A stretch of 63,245 nucleotides of DNA, filler included, from Choristocarpus tenellus KU-1152 (taxonomy: Eukaryota; Protista; Phaeophyceae), in NCBI GenBank assembly GCA_964200185.2. It is 12 parts of 12 records of this genome, joined end to end, with 100 filler letters (N's around TTAATTAATTAA, not from the genome) between each part and the next. Parts side by side here need not be neighbours in the genome. Positions count along the whole stretch, not along the records: positions 54,504 to 60,354 come from CAXNAD020009595.1; positions 60,455 to 63,245 come from CAXNAD020024725.1; 10 more parts are not named here. One strand, 5' to 3'. Shown piece after piece: positions 56,700 to 63,245 of this stretch. Position 1 is the stretch's first letter. Each line of letters begins with the position of its first letter. The position numbers were made by a program, and so were the translations under genes. The notes below the pieces were generated by a model, which was given only the letters and a program-made list of their open reading frames with translations, was not told the DNA's origin and made no database searches.

Positions 56700-58700
56700 G
56701 TACATGAATGGTTCAAGTTTGACGGAAATCTTCTAACACAAATCGATCGATGAATGGTTCTAATGTGTAGGAACAGTACAGTACAACGTCTATCAGTCCG
56801 TCAATTCCCACCACCATATGTGTGTCCTCTTCCTCAGAATAAAAACAAAACGAGAAAATGGGACTGAAGAAATGTGAGGGGCGATGGGGACGAATTATAT
56901 TCGTCAAGATACAAAGGACCTTACTCCTTACGCCTATTGGTCACCTGAAAAATAACGCCCGTATCAGAAGGCGAGAATCTGTAACTAGAAAGTAGTGAAG
57001 GCTTCCATTCACCGCCTCTATCACACAACCTCTCCTTGAGGTGTAGGTGTTGATAGTTGGTGTAGAATGCTCCAACAACAGTCTCCTGTAGTACTTATTG
57101 CATGGCGGTGAACTGGATGGATTTTCCTCTATCTCCTTAGGTGTTCGAAAGACCTGAAGGTAGAGAAGGTTAGAAGGGTACCCACAACAAAAAGGACCAA
57201 ATTCTTCATCAGGATATCTCACATAGTACACTAGTAAAGAAACATGAGAGTGAAAAGTTGTATTGCCAATAACAGAACATTGATCGGAAGGTATTTGATT
57301 CGATAGAGGATCTTGTTTTGGCGAGTGAGTGAGTGAAAAGTCCACAGGAGAATGTGCAGATCTAAAAAGTATGAAGTAAAAAGGTTCGACTCTCCACCCT
57401 CACTTGTACTACCAGCTCTTGACACTATGTTAGTATTGATAGTAGGTCCAGGAACCTTCCATAGTAGTCTGATGTGGTACGTTATCGTATACCCCTGACT
57501 ATAATTGATCTGACTCTATTTCCTTGCACGTTGGAAAGGCATGCAAGTTTGGAAGGTTGTACGACGAATAGGGATATGTTATTCTCGTCAGGATCATCAT
57601 ACACAGAGCAAACTATATAAGATGGACGAGAAAGATCTTTGCCGTTCCCAATCACGGAATTCCGAGCTAACGCGTATCATGTGCTGCTAGACCTCGAAGC
57701 CATAGCTTGCGATCGGCAGGGTTCGTTCTCCACAAAAGATGGATATGGCGAAAAAGATCCATACAACATGAGATGGACGTTGCCAACGCGCACCTTATAG
57801 TGAGCCCGTCAAAGCCCCTGGGTGTCTTACCAACCTTTCTAGCTCAACCCTTTCATCTAGGTTAGTTATCCTTTGTCCCCCTCGAACGATACAGCATTGG
57901 ATGGAAGATGGAGTGGGGTGGTGTTGGACTTGTATCGTATATGTAAGTCATGACGTCATTGGTCATTTTAGTCTGGTTGTTGGCTATTTACATACCTCCT
58001 TTCCATATCGTACCACCTATTCCCAAGGTCGCACCAAGCGACTACTTCATTGGCTGAGATGATCTTTCACTGTTGTCCATTCCCTGACAATGCTGCAACC
58101 TTAATACCTTAAGGCAAGAACTGGAGATAATGAAGAAACTTGCTCCATGCAGAAACCATGCGAGTATACCCATAACTACAAGGAGACGTTTCGTCTCATC
58201 GAGATGGTGGGATGGTCTTTGGGTACAGGTATGGCAATGGCGGACGCCAAGAGGAAGGAGGTTCTCAAGGAGATGGTTCTTTTTTCAGGCGCCGCTGCTC
58301 TTTATCTGGGCCCTGCTGCTGGTGGTGGTTGGAGAGATTTCGAGGCTTGGGGTATCTGCCTCTACTATAAAGATAGGCAAGGTTGACTTCTAAGATTCCC
58401 CCCTGTTTAAAACAACACACCAAACGAAGCCAAGGTATTGAGACCCATGGCATGAAAGGGTCTTCGTTGTGTTGCGTGACATTCATCTTCTATCTACATA
58501 GTGCAATACCCATGTTGCGACCAACAGTGAGACATACAGGGAGACTGATGCAAGGCAAGATAGAATGGATTCGATATCGCAACAGAAGTTGAAGGTTCAG
58601 TCGGCCTCGATCGGAATATGCTGCTGAGCTTATGTGCTGTGATCAAAGTACATCCAAATTGTGTCAGCATTGAATGTGGTTGATATTTATTGAAAATTGA
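56700..58700. mobile_element. Possible highly decayed YR-retrotransposon remnants
   Basis: Minus-strand TYTSRRGCVIEAVNG resembles the YR HS.RRG box; plus-strand FIFYLHSAIPMLRPTVRH is weakly RT-like. Confidence 0.3.
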
Positions 58701-60789
58701 CGTGAAGGTTCCCACCTTTCCATACTTTATTTGTTAGATAATGGGAAATTATGGAACCAAGAGGGTAATTTCCTCTCATCCCTATATTTTTGGTCTGGAG
58801 TTTACGTCCCTGTTCGGTCTGCCGTTGCATTTAGAATAGACATGTCCTCGTGTCCCTCAACCATCGCCAGATCACAATTCCTAATTACTAGTATCCCCAA
58901 CCCGTTTCTCAACTCCGTACCAAAGTAAAAAACTTCACGTCAACCCTCTCGTTCTTCCATGAGAACACAACCGAAGCCTAACCCAATGGAATGATAGCAC
59001 CAGCCCCCAGAGACACGAAACCTACTGTCTCCCCATGTAACCGTTGATAAGAGTTTGTTTTGTGGTCGATATTGTTTCAACCTTCCCCCCAAGTGCTCGA
59101 ACCTACACCCTCGTGCTGCTCAATCCATAATCAGGGACAGCACGTGGACACGTTTGCATATTACTTTTGTTCCTGAAACCCCGGTTTCATCTGCGTATCT
59201 ATCTATCTATCTATATATTTATATGTATATATAGATATGTATACGTTCTTTCTGTCATACTGGGTCTTACCTTGTGTTCGCTATTTCCTCTCCTCTTAGA
59301 GCGCCACCTCTCGTTTTCTACAAACCCCAAATTAAGGCTTCATGCTGGATTGGAGCCTCAACTCTCCATTATTCCCAGCGGCAAGTGCTGCAGCGCTTCC
59401 TCACTCTATCACTGCACTGACATCTTCCGGGATCCTTCCGAGAGACTCTGTTGTGGAGTGGGTGTGGCAAGACTCAGCTTGCAGCACGGACAAGGTGATT
59501 TCCTCTTGCTGATACCTGCACTGTGTACGATAGGTACTGCTGTGAGAGAGGAGGCTGAGGGGGGGCAGAGATTCAGACTCAGATACCCCCTTGCTGAGAG
59601 TGGCTCAATGAGTTGTTAGTCAGATTGGCATCTTCAATGCTCTGCTGCTGCTTCTCTGAGATGAGATTGCTACCAATAGAAACCACACTGCTCCATTTTT
59701 TTCCTCTCGACTTTGAACTAGGAAAGAGGTCATTCATGCGACACGTTGTCCTGTCTGAAAACTTGCTAATTTGCTAACCTCGTGCCCTGTAACCGTCATT
59801 AACCCTAACCCTATCCCTAACCCTAAATTACCACCTTTGTAAACGCCTGATGATATCTCTACTGATTTGCCCTACTTACCCTGATATTATTTAATGCCCT
59901 AATCGCCTCCTAGTTTCCACGAGCCCTAACCCCAGCCTCATCCATATCGTCGGATTCATTCTACCGCCTGGGAATTCTCCACCAGAACCCTACCCATTTG
60001 CCCCATGGCCCAAACCAGACCTCAGAAACGCTTTGTTGTTAGGGTTAGGGTTGTTGTTGTTGTTGTTTTTTGTTTTTATTACATCCGTTCTCCAAAGAAT
60101 CGGCTTGTTTAAATTATTTTTTTGTGCTGGTGAAGAAGTAAAAGAAACGACTTTTAAAATGTTTTTTTCCCGCATAAGAGCCAGTAAATAGTGTGTTCAA
60201 GTAAGTAATCTTTCTTCCCCATGCTATAACCCCAACCCTAACCCTAATTGTCGGTCATGTTTGTGCTACTGCAATTCCTACTCGCAACCCCCCCCCCCCA
60301 GTAGCATGGAATTTTTAAATTCGAAAAAGTGATCAGTTCTTCTTACCCACCGTTNNNNNNNNNNNNNNNNNNNNNNNNNNNNNNNNNNNNNNNNNNNNTT
60401 AATTAATTAANNNNNNNNNNNNNNNNNNNNNNNNNNNNNNNNNNNNNNNNNNNNCCCCCAGATACTTTGGGTCAGGAGCTCAAGTACAGTTCCACCAACA
60501 GTTTTATATGTCATGGCAAACCATACCCTCCATCACACTTCACAATTTAGGGGCCTGTTTTGCATACAGCACACTTCAAGTGTCACATTTTCCGCAAGGA
60601 ACTTAATACAGAATAGATTGATGTGATTGATACCCGTGCCTCTTATACCCAGGCAATGCTGCGGCATCTAACCATCCTCCCTCAAGCCTGACGCTGTGGA
60701 AGGCAGACCACTGGCCAGGTCTTCAGCCCCTCACCAACCTGTTGTGTGCCCCTTGCCTGAACACGTGGGAAAACACACATTAATTTCAG

Positions 60790-62815
60790 AAAGAGAACGC
60801 CGAGAAGGAAGCAAATACGAAGGTCACTCTCTCCAATACCAAGAATATCCACTGTGACATTATCAGGGCACAGCGGCTCAAGGAAATAGCCCAGGTATTT
60901 GTGCGATCACTCGTGCTCACCTGTGCCTTAAATCACTGCCCCTTCCCTTGATCGAATCTTCATTCCCTTTATCCCACCACCCCCCGCTGTTTTGTTTCGT
61001 GTAGTATCTGTGTCCAATCTGGGAGGCTTTGCTGGAAGTGTGAACCTTCCTCTGGTTCCTTTCCATAGACCGAGGTGATGGTTGGGCAAAACAGACTCGA
61101 TTGATTGGGGGTCGGTTGGCTTGTCAACCTACACTGGGTCAAAGCATTTAAGAGGTTAGGCTGCGTCCGTTCAGGGTCATAAATCCAATGTTGCAATTTT
61201 GATGTATTTTTTACTATCTTGTTTGTTCGCACGTGCCAATATCGGGGGCCACAATCCATTGTTGCGATTTTGATGTAATTTTGGCTATTGTGTTTGCTAG
61301 GAAGTGTCAATATCATACACATTTGACCTACTCCGAAACATTTGGGGGTAGGAAAATGTCACAAAAAAACCCTGTGGGAAGCCAAGTCCCGAATGGACAC
61401 ATGGGGCAAAACTCGTACCCTCTAAGATAATTTCACTCTTGATAGTTGTATACATTATATATAACTGTGATCACACAGAAAACCGAAAAAGGGCATAAAA
61501 AAAACGCGGTAAGCTAAGCCCCAAATGGACAAACAGGGCAAAACCCCTACCCTCTTCAATGCTCTGACTCATTGCTGAAAGTGGTACACAAGAATTCAAG
61601 TCTTCAATTGCTGGCGCAGGACTTTAACTAAAAAGAGTTATTGAGTGCTCAGCTTAATACTATCACACATACAAAAAAAATCCAACATGAGGAGCCAGTC
61701 TCCCGTACTCTATGGTGGATACGAAGAGTTTCCGGTTGCGAAATGAACTTACCAGGAGGTATGCATGGTTGCATTCATAGGATCCCCACAGACATTGATC
61801 AAAAGTAGTTATCTTTTGTGTGCATTGTAAAAAGGATTGCATAGTTGATTGAGACAATTTGTTTGCCAGCCCCTCTTCTGCAGGGACACCTTCGTTTTTG
61901 GGGGCTTCTGTTGCACACATAAAATAAGAAAATAGGTTGTATTACACAGGGGAAAAAAGAGCCTATGTGTTGCAAAACGGCCAAAGCTAGCATACCTCTC
62001 AGTTAATGCAACTCTTATTCACGTAACTCCCACTCCGCGCGCACACGCGGAGTGTCCTTCATGTTTGTTGTTGCGTATCCCTTCCGAAAATTTAGAAAAA
62101 GATTGATGAGTCAGAGATGGAGCGACAAGGTCACGAGCAGGAACGAGATCGCCTAAAGGCACTTATTCACTCCGTCAAGTCTGTGGATCTCAAGGTGAAG
62201 CATTTGCATGTGTGGCAGATGCAGGTGGAATGCAAATGAGTTACATATGTCATCCCTTTCCGAAGCTGGGGTACATATACACCACAAACTTCCATTGTTG
62301 GTTTGCTTTGGGGAATTGGGATCCCTCCCGCTGACAGACAAAAACATCATAGTTTTGAGCGAGTCTGGATTGTTTCAAGCATGGTCGGAATAACCCCAGG
62401 CAGTATGGCAGGGACGGAGAAACCTTGGTTACCACCTTTGCATTGCTCTAATTTTGAGCCTTGCTGTCTCTTGCTTTCATTCCTCCCCCATATTCAACAC
62501 TTAGTCTGTCCACTGACTCTTCACTGCACCATATTTCCAATACATGAAGTGGGGGTCTGGGGTGAACGCGTCTCATTGTGACTCATAGAGGACCATCTCC
62601 TGGAAGCAGCAGTTTTGTTATGTTACTGACTTCCCCTAACATTGCAAAATCACCACATCATCCGTAACGGCTACGCTGTTGGCGAATAGGCTGTGTGGAA
62701 GAAGAAGGAGGGGATAAAACGTCAAATTGAAGAGTTGAAGAGGGAAAAGGACATACTTCAGCGGAAGCATACCTCTTCCGACCGAGCCACCTCTGTAATC
62801 TACGACATAACCAAG
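60790..62815 (+). CDS. CFAP58: Three internal exons of a CFAP58-like flagellar coiled-coil protein (60790-60894, 62096-62194, 62690-62815)
   Basis: All phase-0 AG/GT exons. The joined peptide ..IIRAQRLKEIAQ|KKIDESEMERQGHEQERDRLKALIHSVKSVDLK|AVWKKKEGIKRQIEELKREKDILQRKHTSSDRATSVIYDITK follows the CFAP58 pattern as I recall it (KK..E..L.RERDIL..AT....D..K). Confidence 0.7.
61136..61570 (+). mobile_element. Composite or nested family A-related MITEs in a CFAP58 intron
   Basis: Outer ends GGGTCAAAGCATT.AAGAGG and CCTCTTCAATGCTCTGACTC; an inner family A right half ends at 61438. Confidence 0.75.
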
Positions 62816-63245
62816 GTAACTCAAGCGGCAAAGTGGGGAAGGGAAAAAAAAAAGTTAGGCCAGACTCGAACCAGGGTCTACTCTTTCTGATACTCATGAA
62901 TGTGAAAGACTTTTCGAAATGAACCAACCCCAAAGTGAAACGGGGATGACTACATAATTTTGTTTGTAGACTCGTAACTATTTTCAAATTTCTCGATCGA
63001 TGGATTCAGCGACGGAGTTTGTCAAGGGAGGTGCATATAAAAGCCCATTCTTTTGATTGAAACCACTTCTTTTACTACAGTCGTATATATATTTAGGGGA
63101 CAGGCAGGGGATGCTGAAGGACTACTTATCCTGCTACATTAATGTGGCAAAATATGGTGTGCAGTCAGCATTAAATGTGTCTGTGTAGTCTCTCTCGAAT
63201 TGGACAGTGGTAGGAGGCAAGGGTCAAAGTATCTGGGGGGGGGGT

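Overview
This is not one continuous locus. It is 12 short contigs joined by an artificial 100-nt linker (44 N + TTAATTAATTAA + 44 N). The DNA is eukaryotic, intron-rich and transposon-dense; the gene set and repeat style suggest a stramenopile, probably a brown alga or close relative (inference). Host genes I can reconstruct by hand: a 4-exon METTL21-like methyltransferase lying head-to-head with an RBBP4/MSI1 histone chaperone (5 exons visible, one GC-AG intron), three exons of a CFAP58-like flagellar protein, and an intronless F-box-like + 27-aa ankyrin-repeat gene. Most of the rest is decayed mobile DNA: Copia, DIRS/Ngaro-type tyrosine-recombinase retroelements, a DD39D-type mariner, gag remnants and unclassified repeats. 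The most coherent hidden system is a Sola2-like DNA-transposon family that the ORF track misses. It comprises (i) a transposase pseudogene split by at least 4 spliceosomal introns (31.5-34.7 kb), (ii) tandem hairpin repeats upstream of it, and (iii) two abundant MITE families sharing an AAAGTATCT terminal core, a CCCCAAATGGAC subterminal motif and unconstrained 4-bp target duplications. One MITE sits inside the transposase itself. The MITE copies show repeated CpG->TpG/CpA decay, which suggests TE-targeted cytosine methylation. All family assignments come from motif recognition by eye; no database search was run.
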